Assembly: GCA_031262165.1 (NCBI GenBank)
Contig: JAISIF010000071.1
Span: 78-64,077 of the forward strand
Source of the DNA: Myxococcales bacterium
Lineage (GTDB): Bacteria; Myxococcota; Myxococcia; Myxococcales; UBA5297
DNA length: 64,000 nt
Direction: 5' to 3'
Shown in pieces: positions 43,668 to 52,785 of the stretch; within the stretch, counting starts at the first letter, position 1, and every line of letters starts with the position of its first letter. Under the pieces are notes generated by a model, which saw only the letters and a list, made by a program, of their open reading frames with translations, was not told the DNA's origin and made no database searches. Position numbers and translations under genes: made by a program.

Positions 43668-45221
43668 ATGGCAAACGACAACCGCATTTCGCGCCGCAAG
43701 TTCCTCGGCTATGGCGCCGCGTCCCTCGCCGCGGTGGCGATGAGCGACGCACTCCTGGGCTGCGCGCACGCGCCAGCCGACGCAACGAAAGGTGGTGGAG
43801 CTTCGATGGGATACTTCGAGCGTTTTGGTGTCGATGAGTCGTTGATCCAGAGGGGCCTGGCCGCCGCCATGTCCAAGGGCGCCGACTTCGCCGACCTCTT
43901 CTTTCAGCACCGCGTCGTGAACCAGCTCGGCCTAGAGGATGGCGAGGTCAACCGCGCCTATGCCTCCATCTCGCTCGGCATGGGCGTGCGCGCCGTGAAG
44001 GGCGACCAGACTGGCTACGCCTTCACCGAAGATTTCTCGCCAGAGTCGATCGAGCGCGCGGCCCTGACCGCCGCTGCCATTGCCACGGCCAAGGCGAGCA
44101 TTGGCAACATCCCCATCCAGCGCACCTCGTTCGTGGACAAGAGTCGCTATGAGGTTCAGACGCGCTGGGAGGACGTGGCACTCAGCCAAAAATTGCCCAT
44201 CCTCAACCAGCTCAATGCCCGCGCGCTCGCCGCTGACCCGCGCATCCAGAAGGTCAGCGTCAGTTTGGCCGACGAGTCGGGCGTCATCCTCGTGGCGCGC
44301 AGCGATGGCCGCGTGGTCGAGGACTTCCAGCCCATGACCTCGCTCGCGCTCTCGTGCATCGCCGAGCAGAATGGTCGGCGCGAGTCGAACAGCTACAGCC
44401 TGGCAGGCCGCGCAGGCATCGAGCTCTATTCGCCAGCGGCGCTCGATCGCGTGGTCGATCGCGCTGTGCAGCGGACGCTGATCCTGTTCGACGCCATCCA
44501 GCCGCCCGCAGGCGAGATGCCGGTCGTCCTCACGGCGGGCTCGTCCGGTATCCTGCTGCACGAGGCCATTGGCCACGGCATGGAGGCCGACTTCAACCGC
44601 AAGGGCATCTCCATCTACGCAGACAAAATCGGCCAGAGCATCGCCCCGTCCCTCATCACCATCGTGGACGACGGCACCATCCCGGGATCGCGAGGCGCAC
44701 TCAACGTGGATGACGAGGGCAACCCGACCGAGAAGACCGTCCTCGTCGACAAGGGCGTGCTCAAAACCTTCCTGCACGATGAGATCTCCGCACGTCACTA
44801 CGGCGTGAAACCAACGGGCAATGGCCGCCGCGAGAGCTACGCCTATGCTCCCATCCCGCGAATGCGCGCGACCTACATGGAGAACGGGCCGCACGAGCGC
44901 GAGGAGATCATCGCGTCGGTCAAGAAGGGCATCCTCTGCGAGACCTTCACGAACGGCCAGGTCCAGATCGGCGCAGGCGACTTCACCTTCTACGTGAAGA
45001 ACGGCTTCCTCATCGAGGACGGCAAACTGACGCAGCCCATCAAGGACGTGAACCTCATCGGCAATGGCCCGCGCGTGCTCGCCAACATCGACATGGTCGG
45101 CAACGATCTCCTCATCGACGAGGGCCGGTGGACGTGCGGCAAGGATGGCCAGGGCGCGCCCGTTTCTCAGGGAATGCCCACCGTTCGTGTGGCCTCGCTC
45201 ACGGTCGGCGGTCAGGGCTGA
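43668..45221 (+). CDS. tldD: TldD-family metalloprotease with a Tat-type lipoprotein signal
   Basis: The RBS is AAGGAG. The signal reads ISRRKFLGYGAASLAAVAMSDALLGC, a twin-arginine motif plus lipobox. The TldD core carries HEAIGHGMEADF. Confidence 0.88.
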   Translation: MANDNRISRRKFLGYGAASLAAVAMSDALLGCAHAPADATKGGGASMGYFERFGVDESLIQRGLAAAMSKGADFADLFFQHRVVNQLGLEDGEVNRAYASISLGMGVRAVKGDQTGYAFTEDFSPESIERAALTAAAIATAKASIGNIPIQRTSFVDKSRYEVQTRWEDVALSQKLPILNQLNARALAADPRIQKVSVSLADESGVILVARSDGRVVEDFQPMTSLALSCIAEQNGRRESNSYSLAGRAGIELYSPAALDRVVDRAVQRTLILFDAIQPPAGEMPVVLTAGSSGILLHEAIGHGMEADFNRKGISIYADKIGQSIAPSLITIVDDGTIPGSRGALNVDDEGNPTEKTVLVDKGVLKTFLHDEISARHYGVKPTGNGRRESYAYAPIPRMRATYMENGPHEREEIIASVKKGILCETFTNGQVQIGAGDFTFYVKNGFLIEDGKLTQPIKDVNLIGNGPRVLANIDMVGNDLLIDEGRWTCGKDGQGAPVSQGMPTVRVASLTVGGQG

Positions 45222-45292
45222 ACGAGCCGCCTTTGGCCTGACCCCCTCCCAATCTCTGTCTCTGGCGATTCGTTTCGACAGGAGCCCATCCC

Positions 45293-46621
45293 ATGAAGAA
45301 ATCATCCATTTTGGAAACTGCCCGCCACGCCGTCCAGCTCGCGCAGCAGAAGGGCGCGCAGGACGCTGCCGCAAGCGTAGCCACGGTGCGCGAGGTCAAG
45401 GTCGGCTGGCGCGACGGCAACCTCGAGAAGATCTCTGAGGCCACGACCCAGGGCTTGGCCATCGAGGTCTATGCCGATGGCCGCTACGCCGCAGTGAGCA
45501 CGAGCGATCTCTTGCCCGCGACGATCGAGAAGATCTGTGGCCAGGCCATCGACATGGCACGCTCGCTCGCCCCCGACCCCTTCCGACGCCTCCCCGACCC
45601 CAAGCTCTACGAGGGCCGCGCCGCGATCGATCTGGAGCTCGAAGACCCAGTCTACGACACGCTGACCGCCGAGCAGCGCCGCGCGTTCACGCAGAAGATC
45701 GAGGCCGCCGCGCGCGAGGTCGAGGGGCGCGAGCGCATCGTCTCTGTGACGACCGACTTCTCGGACAGCCACAGCGAGATGGCGCGCGTCACGTCCAACG
45801 GCTTCGAAGGCGTGGTGCGCGAGACCTCGTTCTGGCCGAGCGCCGAGGTGAGCGTGCGCGATCCCGATGGCCGCCGTCCCGAGGACTACGACTACGCGGG
45901 CGCCCACCATCTCTCCGACCTGCCGGACGTGGCGCTGATCGGACGCAGCGCGGCCAAGCGCGCGCTCGGACGCATCGGCGCGACCAAGGGCACCTCTGGC
46001 AAGCGCACGCTGGCCATCGATCCGCGCGCTGCAGGAAGTCTGCTCGGTCGTCTGATGGGACCACTGTCTGGAGCAGCGCTCCAACAGAAGCGATCGATGT
46101 TCGAGGGCAAGGAAGGCCAGCGCATCGGGAGCGATCTGCTCGACGTCGTGGACGATCCATTCATCGTCCGGGGGCTCGGCTCGCGCCTGTTCGATGGTGA
46201 AGGCATTGCCGCAAAGCCGCGTTCCATCTTCGAGGCGGGCGTGCTGCGAAGCTTCTACATCGACAACTATTACGGCCTGAAACTGGGCCGCACGCCCACC
46301 TCGGGCCGGTCGAGCAACCTCACGTTCAAGCTCGGCGACAAGGATCAGCCAGCGCTGCTCAAGCAGATCGGCGATGGCCTGCTCGTGACGGGTTTCCTGG
46401 GCGGCAACTCCAACGGGACGACTGGCGACTTCTCGCTCGGCATCCAGGGGTTCCTGATCAAGGGCGGCGAATTGGCCGAGCCGTTCGCGGAGATGAACCT
46501 CTCCGGCAACCACCTCGAATTCTGGAACCACCTCGTCGCCGTGGGCAACGACCCGTTCGCCTTCTCTTCGAGCCGCGTGCCCACGCTGGTGTTCGAGGGC
46601 GTGCAGATCGCGGGGACGTGA
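45293..46621 (+). CDS. pmbA: PmbA/TldE-family protein (TldD partner), no signal peptide
   Basis: The product has PmbA_TldD family architecture and lacks HExxH. Its C-terminal part (GDGLLVTGFLGGNSNGTTGDFSLGIQGFLIKGGE) is typical of PmbA. Confidence 0.88.
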   Translation: MKKSSILETARHAVQLAQQKGAQDAAASVATVREVKVGWRDGNLEKISEATTQGLAIEVYADGRYAAVSTSDLLPATIEKICGQAIDMARSLAPDPFRRLPDPKLYEGRAAIDLELEDPVYDTLTAEQRRAFTQKIEAAAREVEGRERIVSVTTDFSDSHSEMARVTSNGFEGVVRETSFWPSAEVSVRDPDGRRPEDYDYAGAHHLSDLPDVALIGRSAAKRALGRIGATKGTSGKRTLAIDPRAAGSLLGRLMGPLSGAALQQKRSMFEGKEGQRIGSDLLDVVDDPFIVRGLGSRLFDGEGIAAKPRSIFEAGVLRSFYIDNYYGLKLGRTPTSGRSSNLTFKLGDKDQPALLKQIGDGLLVTGFLGGNSNGTTGDFSLGIQGFLIKGGELAEPFAEMNLSGNHLEFWNHLVAVGNDPFAFSSSRVPTLVFEGVQIAGT

Positions 46622-46657
46622 TCTCCTGCCTGATTCTGACGTTCGTCGATGCTCTGT

Positions 46658-46683
46658 CAGGGCGGCCCCTCCTGGCCGCCCTG
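46658..46683 (+). terminator. GC-rich hairpin after pmbA (possible terminator, no U tract)
   Basis: A perfect 10-bp stem, CAGGGCGGCC-cctcct-GGCCGCCCTG. Confidence 0.35.
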
Positions 46684-46779
46684 CTGTCGCTCGATAGACA
46701 CACAAGCCTGCACGACGGGCGGGCCACAGGGACGTTGCCCCAACAAATCCATCGATAACCTCTCCTTCGAGGTCCCCTC

Positions 46780-47814
46780 ATGACCCGCCATCGTTCGGTC
46801 GTCGCTGCCCTATTCGCCCTCTCCCTGACCCTTCCCATCAGCGCTCAGGCAGCGGCGCCTCAAGTGACGGCCAAGCTGGGCCCCTGGAATGGTGAGTTCG
46901 AACAGACGACGCAGGACCGGCGGCCGCTGCACTTCGCCGAGGTGCCCGTCGAGCTCGAAGTGAGCTGCCCCGCAGGCGCGGTCGCCTCTTCGCTCGAATA
47001 CGACTTCGATCCCGCCGAGGGCGTGATCGATCCGAGCCCGGCCTCGGGCCAGCCTCTCGACGACAGCGCCGCCTTTCAAGAGGTGGCGAGCCAGGCGCGG
47101 AACCTCACGGCCGCGCTCAAGCCAGGCGCCCTCTACCGCGTCCGCGTCAAGGCGAGCTGCTGCGCGGCGCTCGATGGCGCAGGTGGTTGCCTCGAAGAAA
47201 GCGCGCCGATCGAGGTCATCTCGGACACGCTCGAAATTCAGCCGATCATCGAGGCTGCGCGCGTCATCGAGGACGGGCTCCACTACGGCGGGCTCCTGGT
47301 TGGTCAGACGCTCGATCTGACCCTCTACGATTCGACGCCAGTGCCTGGCTGGCACATCGAAGCAGACGACCTCCGCAAGTCCCTCAAGTTCAAGGGCGTG
47401 GGTGTCGACTTCAAGACGAGCGACTTCACCACGACGAACAGCATGGGCGTCAGATACCTGCCGCCGCCGACGCGGACGGGCGAGCTCGAGGTGACGCTCA
47501 CCGTCAATGGGAAGCTCTACGAGCCGGGCGGTCGCTTCTTGCGCGACTACACGCTCGTTTCCAGCCCCTTCCCCATCGAGGTGATGGCAGAGCGCTGCGT
47601 CCTCGACGCGACGGGCAGCATCTTCATCGTCGAGGATCGAGCGCCCGACTGCCTCGACGAGAGCGTGTTCGACCCGGACATCGGCCAGCAAGCGCCAGCA
47701 GCGTCTGGCTGTTCTTCGAGCGCGGCCACCATACCCGGCCTGCTGGGTGTGCTGTTCCTCCCTGCCCTGATTCTGCGGCGCCGACACACAACGGTCGACC
47801 GAGGCGCGCCGTGA
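46780..47814 (+). CDS. Secreted protein with a MYXO-CTERM-like C-terminal sorting tail
   Basis: There is a signal peptide (MTRHRSVVAALFALSLTLPISAQA). The C-terminus (..ASGCSSSAATIPGLLGVLFLPALILRRRH) is a Gly-Cys motif, a hydrophobic helix and a basic cluster. Confidence 0.7.
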   Translation: MTRHRSVVAALFALSLTLPISAQAAAPQVTAKLGPWNGEFEQTTQDRRPLHFAEVPVELEVSCPAGAVASSLEYDFDPAEGVIDPSPASGQPLDDSAAFQEVASQARNLTAALKPGALYRVRVKASCCAALDGAGGCLEESAPIEVISDTLEIQPIIEAARVIEDGLHYGGLLVGQTLDLTLYDSTPVPGWHIEADDLRKSLKFKGVGVDFKTSDFTTTNSMGVRYLPPPTRTGELEVTLTVNGKLYEPGGRFLRDYTLVSSPFPIEVMAERCVLDATGSIFIVEDRAPDCLDESVFDPDIGQQAPAASGCSSSAATIPGLLGVLFLPALILRRRHTTVDRGAP

Positions 47815-47958
47815 TTGCAGAACGGAAAGAGGACGAGAAACTTCATTCCCAATAATCCATCATTCTTTGCCGGAGGCGCGAAAAGGTTCGACCTATCGCT
47901 AAGTCGTCCATGAAGACTCTTTTGTGAGCCGCTCAGCACACGAAATGAAAGGATATTC

Positions 47959-48513
47959 ATGGACGATGTAGAAGTCTTAAAACCACTCGAATTGGAAATT
48001 CAAATACCACGTGGTATTCATTCCGAAGCATCTCAAGAAGGCATTGTATGTCGAACTTCGAAAAAGGTTGGGCGAAAATTTCTGGGAAATAGAAGAAGGG
48101 CATTCAATACTCGATCTCCTGTATATATTGATTAAGGACTTATCCCTTCATTATCCCATCGCCCCACTCGTCCATGAAACGCCAGTCTTCGTTGCTTCGC
48201 GCTTCACTTCCGTCTGGAAGTTCCCGCCTCGCGCCTCGACTGACATTCCTCGTCCTTCGCGGCGCAAAGGTCCTAATGAAGGGATAAGCCCTAAAACTCA
48301 GCCAAAGAACTCTGGTTCTAAAGTTGTCGGATATATCAAAGAAAAGAATGCGGTGTATGTGGCACTGAAACTCGGAGAACGAAAACGCAATTATAAAGGA
48401 GAAAATTTCTGGGCACGCGGACATTGCGTTTCAACCGTAGACTGAAACGAAGAGTCGATTAAAGAATATACACGGAGACAGTAAACGGAAGATATTAGAG
48501 TGGCGCAATCAAA
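47959..48513 (+). pseudogene. tnpA: IS200/IS605-type tnpA (Y1/HUH transposase) pseudogene, disrupted by a family-A repeat
   Basis: Frames give MDDVEVLKPLE / (frameshift) HSNWKFKYHVVFIPKHLKKALYVELRKRLGENFWEI..EEGHSILDLLYILIK / [160-bp insertion] / PKNSGSKVVGYIKEKNAVYVALKLGERKRNYKGENFWARGHCVSTVD*NEESIKEYTRRQ*TEDIRVAQSK. This follows the IS200 TnpA order. The HUH position reads LLY, and the frame contains two in-frame stops and a frameshift. Confidence 0.75.
48134..48293 (-). mobile_element. Family-A MITE-like repeat, copy 4, inserted inside the IS200-type tnpA
   Basis: Sequence: aaggacttatcccttcattatccc...cttcgttgcttcgcgcttcacttccgtctggaag...ggtcctaatgaagggataagccct. It splits ..ILIK from TQPKNSGSKVVGY.. 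of tnpA. Confidence 0.85.
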
Positions 48514-48516
48514 GAT

Positions 48517-48570
48517 TTATTCCTCTATTATTCCGTTGCCCCGCTCGTCCTTGAAACGCCAACCTTCGTT
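48517..48570 (-). mobile_element. Family-A repeat fragment, copy 9 (one end only)
   Basis: The fragment tttattcctctattattccgttgccccgctcgtccttgaaacgccaaccttcgtt aligns with the first ~55 nt of copy 4. Confidence 0.6.
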
Positions 48571-48868
48571 AAGCCTGCTGTAGGCTACCTATAATGTGGC
48601 AGATAACCTGAGTGGACCACGTTAGCGTTCCACCCATTAGTTGCTTTGAGCGGCACACACACAAATCCCCCGTTTTTGCCGGGGGATTCTATTAATCGAC
48701 GCGAACACGATGGGCTTTATGCAACGCCCCTGCGGCAAACGTATCGATCGTCGATCTTCGGGAGAATTCACTCGCCCTCGTCGATTCACTCAGACATTTT
48801 GACAATCATTTTGTTTTTCACTAAAAGGCCGCGCTTTTTTAGGGCCGGGTGTTCCTATTCTCCTGAAG

Positions 48869-49363
48869 GTGTCAACTTTGTCCGCTCCTTACAAAATAGC
48901 CCTGCCGTTCTTTCTGGCCACCCTGCTGGCCGTCTGTGCGGCGTGTACTGGGCTCTTCGGCAGGACAGAAGACCCCGCCATCGAAAAGCTCTTCTTTGCC
49001 CTGCGAATCGAGACGGAAGGCCAGCTCGTGGCCAAGCCTCACCTCCTGGGCGAGACGGACCATCGCCTCTCCATGAAGCTCGTCGATCCCGTGGCGCCCG
49101 AGCACACGCGTCTCGCCGTCGAGCTGCTGCCCACGCGGCTGGGCAACGACTACAGCATCCAGTTCGGGCTCCTCCTGTCAGGGGTCAGCAAGGCGCCGCA
49201 GGTCACCGAGCTCACGCTGGCGCATGGCCAAGAGCGAAAATTCCAGCTCCTCGATGGCAGCGCGCCGCTGACCGTCACGCTCATGCTCATGCGCGTCGAT
49301 TCACCGGAGTTCGACGCGTGGCTCGAGCTCGTCCGCAAGGAGCAGGAGAAGATGTCCACCTGA
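48869..49363 (+). CDS. Probable lipoprotein or secreted protein of unknown function
   Basis: The GTG start gives MSTLSAPYKIALPFFLATLLAVCAACTG. The body is GC3-rich. The exact start is uncertain. Confidence 0.5.
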   Translation: MSTLSAPYKIALPFFLATLLAVCAACTGLFGRTEDPAIEKLFFALRIETEGQLVAKPHLLGETDHRLSMKLVDPVAPEHTRLAVELLPTRLGNDYSIQFGLLLSGVSKAPQVTELTLAHGQERKFQLLDGSAPLTVTLMLMRVDSPEFDAWLELVRKEQEKMST

Positions 49364-49550
49364 CCTTGCCCTGGCGGAGGCACGCCGCGCTCGCCGCGCC
49401 CGTCTTCCTTGGCCTGGGATGAAAGTGGACTCGTGCCTCGCGGGGTCCGTTGCGTAGAGGCGTTCCACGCCCTCTGGGTCGGACAAAGAGAAAAAGTTCA
49501 ATGATTTCAATTGGTTAGATATTCTTTCGCCACCCCAGATTGCGCGCCCC

Positions 49551-50885
49551 ATGATGACCCGACCAGCCGTCCTGATCGTCGATGACACGCCCGAGCTGCT
49601 CAAGCTCTTGGCGCACCTGATCCGCGACGCGGGCTTCGATGCCATGCCAGCGGATCGTGGCAAAGAGGCGCTCCGCGTTGCCCAGGAGCGCGCGCCTGCG
49701 CTGGCCATCATCGATCTCCTGCTGCCCGACATGACGGGCTACCAGCTGGCCGACTCGCTGCGGCGCGTGTTCCCGAACCTGCCCATCGTCTTCCTCACGG
49801 GCGTGTTCAAGGGGCCGCGCCAAGCCCACCTGGCGCGCCAGAAATACGGTGTGACGGACTACTTCGAAAAACCCTTCGACGCCTGGGCGCTCGTCGCGGC
49901 GGTCCGGCGACTGGTGCCGCTCCCAACGCTGCCCGATCCCTACAGCGCTCCAATGCGCACCGGAGGCGAGGAGGCCTGTGAGGAGGAACGCCCCCTCGAA
50001 CCAATGGAGCTCTCTGGCATCGTCCGCTTCTGCGATGGCCGCTCGCTCTTTTCGAACGGCACGAACGGCGCCACGACGCTCGTGCTCCAGCCGCCGATCC
50101 CCTCTGCGCGGTCGGCCCAGGAGGGGACTGCCGCCGCTGTCACAGCCGTGAACGCGAACTTGAACGCGGGCCCTGCGGTCGATGGCGTGGAGCACGGCGC
50201 GCTCAAGGGCAACCTGCCGCAGCTCATCAGCGCCTACCACCAGTCACGGCAGACGGGCGCGCTGACCCTGACGCGCGGGCGGGCGCGGAAGACCATCTTC
50301 TTCAGGCAGGGCAGGCCGGTCTTTGCCGACTCCAACCTGATCTCGGATCGCTTTGGTCCCTTCCTCGTGCGTGTCGGCAAGCTCTCCGAGGCCCAGCTCT
50401 CCGAGATGGTTCGGCTCGCCCTCGGCGATGACGACCGCGTGGGCGACCACCTCGTCCAGGCGGGGCTGCTGTCCGAGAGCGAGCGGCTCTACTTCATGGG
50501 CCAGCAGGTCAAAAGCATCGTCTACAGCGCCTTCTGTTGGGAGGACGGCGCCTACGAGATGACCTTCCGGGACAGCACTCCGCCCCACCCGCTGGAGATC
50601 GACTTCCACCCGGCCAACCTGATCCTTCGATCGATCCGGCGCCTCTACAAACCAGAGCGATTGCGACGCCTGCTGACGCTCGAAGAGCGCGTCATCCCGT
50701 CGCTTCAACCGACTTACGCGCTCAGCGAGCTGGAGCTGGAGCCGTGGGAAGCGCAGCTGTTGCCCAAGGCCGATGGCACGCGGACCGTGGCCGATCTGAT
50801 CTCTCTGGCAGATCGGCCGCCGCTCGAGGTCCAGGCGTTCGTCTATGCCATGATCGCGCTGAACGTCCTCGAACGCCGGGCGTGA
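49551..50885 (+). CDS. Response regulator (receiver) fused to a DUF4388/PATAN-like domain
   Basis: The receiver has its acceptor Asp intact (VLIVDDTPE..LAIIDLLLPDMTGYQL..VFLTG..YFEKPF). The C-terminal part (LKGNLPQLISAYHQSRQTGALTLTRGRARKTIFFRQGRPVFADSN) is typical of DUF4388. Confidence 0.78.
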   Translation: MMTRPAVLIVDDTPELLKLLAHLIRDAGFDAMPADRGKEALRVAQERAPALAIIDLLLPDMTGYQLADSLRRVFPNLPIVFLTGVFKGPRQAHLARQKYGVTDYFEKPFDAWALVAAVRRLVPLPTLPDPYSAPMRTGGEEACEEERPLEPMELSGIVRFCDGRSLFSNGTNGATTLVLQPPIPSARSAQEGTAAAVTAVNANLNAGPAVDGVEHGALKGNLPQLISAYHQSRQTGALTLTRGRARKTIFFRQGRPVFADSNLISDRFGPFLVRVGKLSEAQLSEMVRLALGDDDRVGDHLVQAGLLSESERLYFMGQQVKSIVYSAFCWEDGAYEMTFRDSTPPHPLEIDFHPANLILRSIRRLYKPERLRRLLTLEERVIPSLQPTYALSELELEPWEAQLLPKADGTRTVADLISLADRPPLEVQAFVYAMIALNVLERRA

Positions 50886-51118
50886 GACGAGAGACTTCAT
50901 CTCCAATGAGGGCGAGGGGGGGCGACGACGGACGAGGGCATGAATCCCTTTGTCTGGAAAATATCGGACTGAACGACATGGGATTCGATTTCAGGGGCGC
51001 GTTTCATCGTTCCCCTTCGCACATTCTCCATCACACGAGAGGGCTCTCCCGTTTTCTTGGGAACGACGATCGAGGCCATGAGTGGACGCAACGGAAAACA
51101 GCATGATTGGGTCGACCT

Positions 51119-51763
51119 ATGAATGCCAACCATGAGGGGCTTTTGGGAAAAGAGGAGCGCCGCGAACACAGACAATCGCGGACGCGTCTGGGTATTCTGG
51201 ACGCCGCCGCGACCATCTTTCAGGAAAAGGGGATCTCGGGCGCCCGCCTCCAGGACATTGCCGCGCAAGCTGGCTACACGGTCCCGACGCTCTACAGTTA
51301 TTTCAGGAGCAAGGAGGCCATCGTCGAAGCCCTCTTCGAACAGCTCAGCCAAGAGCTCCTCGATACCTTCTCCAAGCTGCCGCCCAAGGGCTATACAATT
51401 GAGCAGAGCTTTGACTTCCTGATGCAGCGCGTCTTCGACTTCTCGGATCGGCGGCGAGGCCTGGCCCTGCTCGTCATCGAGATGCACGATCGCCCGGAGT
51501 TTCTCTGCCAACAGCGCTGCACGCGAGTTCAGGAACTTCGCGAGGTGATTGTCGCGTGGCTCGGCCACGTCCTGAACGACACGCCGGTCCAATGGACACG
51601 CGACGAGATGGCCTCCTTCATCCTCGGGCTCTGGCACGCCAACACGTCGCTCTGGCTGATGGAGATGAGCTCCGGGCGCCTCCTCGATCGGGCGTTTGCC
51701 ATTTCCCAAATGGCCATCCACGGAATCCTGAGAGGGGTCGGCTCCGAAAAATCGCCCGATTGA
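51119..51763 (+). CDS. TetR-family transcriptional regulator
   Basis: The HTH region reads RTRLGILDAAATIFQEKGISGARLQDIAAQAGYTVPTLYSYFRSKEAIVEALF. The first ATG is at 51119; the track ORF begins at a TTG at 51107. Confidence 0.85.
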   Translation: MNANHEGLLGKEERREHRQSRTRLGILDAAATIFQEKGISGARLQDIAAQAGYTVPTLYSYFRSKEAIVEALFEQLSQELLDTFSKLPPKGYTIEQSFDFLMQRVFDFSDRRRGLALLVIEMHDRPEFLCQQRCTRVQELREVIVAWLGHVLNDTPVQWTRDEMASFILGLWHANTSLWLMEMSSGRLLDRAFAISQMAIHGILRGVGSEKSPD

Positions 51764-52068
51764 AGATTTGAATGGAGAATCAATCGTATCGATCTCATCG
51801 AACGAAAATGGAGGCAGCCTCACGGATCGAATCGCGGGGCTGTTTTCAATTCATCGCGTCGATGTCGTCGAATGAATCGCGGGGCGTTGCGCGCGATACC
51901 TCTCTGGCCATGTCAGACGTGCCAGGGAATGCGCCCCGAGGCCGCTCCGTTCGCAGCTAGCACGTCCATTGGCGCTTCGAGCCGTGTCGCTTGCACTGCG
52001 TTTGAGATTGAATCGATTTTCAAGACCCCACATCGGCCGCTCCCAAACCTCGAACGGTGTCCTCGACC

Positions 52069-52782
52069 ATGAATCAGGAAGAACTCATCGACCTCGTGCT
52101 CCACGGAGGCGGAACGCTCATCTTCATCGCGCTGTGCTCCGTCGTCGCCATCGCGCTCGCCATCGAGCGGCTCATCGCGATGTGGCGCATCGTCCCAGAC
52201 GCCAGGTCGCTGCACGAGGCCATCAGCCGCGAGCTCTTGCGCGGCGACGTCGCGCAGGCCCGCCTCCTGGCCAGCCGCAGCCAGGCGCTCGCCGCCGAGA
52301 TCTACCTGGCCGGGTTCGCGCGCCACCAGCAGCGCAAGGGCAAAGCCTTCGAAGCAACGGTCGAACGAGAGCGCGCCAGCCTCGTGCTCCTGCTCAAGCG
52401 TCGCCTCTGGGCGCTCGGGACCATCGGGACCATCTCGCCCTTCGTCGGCCTGTTCGGGACAGTGGTCGGGATCATGAGCGCCTTTTCGGCGATGGCCGCG
52501 TCGGGCGCGGGCGGCTTCGCGGTCGTGGCGAGCGGCATCTCTCAGGCGCTCGTGGCCACCGCGTCGGGCATCTTCGTGGCCATCGAGGCGGTCGTCTTCT
52601 ACAACTTCTTTCAGGCCAAAATTGGGCGCGTCGCCGCTGAGCTACGGCTGCTCACCGAAGAGTTCTGCGAGCTCCTCGCCGAGGTTCCGCCCGAGGCCGC
52701 GGCGGTAGGAGCGGCGGTGGTCGTGGAAGTGGGCGCGGGATCAGAGCCGATCCCCGAGCGTCAGGACACCAAGGAGGCGTGA
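52069..52782 (+). CDS. MotA/TolQ/ExbB-family proton channel protein
   Basis: The product has three TM helices and the signature LGTIGTISPFVGLFGTVVGIMSAF..ISQALVATASGIFVAI. The ATG is at 52069; the track ORF begins at a GTG at 52057. Confidence 0.85.
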   Translation: MNQEELIDLVLHGGGTLIFIALCSVVAIALAIERLIAMWRIVPDARSLHEAISRELLRGDVAQARLLASRSQALAAEIYLAGFARHQQRKGKAFEATVERERASLVLLLKRRLWALGTIGTISPFVGLFGTVVGIMSAFSAMAASGAGGFAVVASGISQALVATASGIFVAIEAVVFYNFFQAKIGRVAAELRLLTEEFCELLAEVPPEAAAVGAAVVVEVGAGSEPIPERQDTKEA

Positions 52783-52785
52783 GCC

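Noticed and set aside
50897-51823. 308-aa minus-strand ORF overlapping the TetR-family gene
   Set aside because: The plus-strand frame has a clear TetR helix-turn-helix. The minus ORF has no recognisable features and extends across intergenic DNA.
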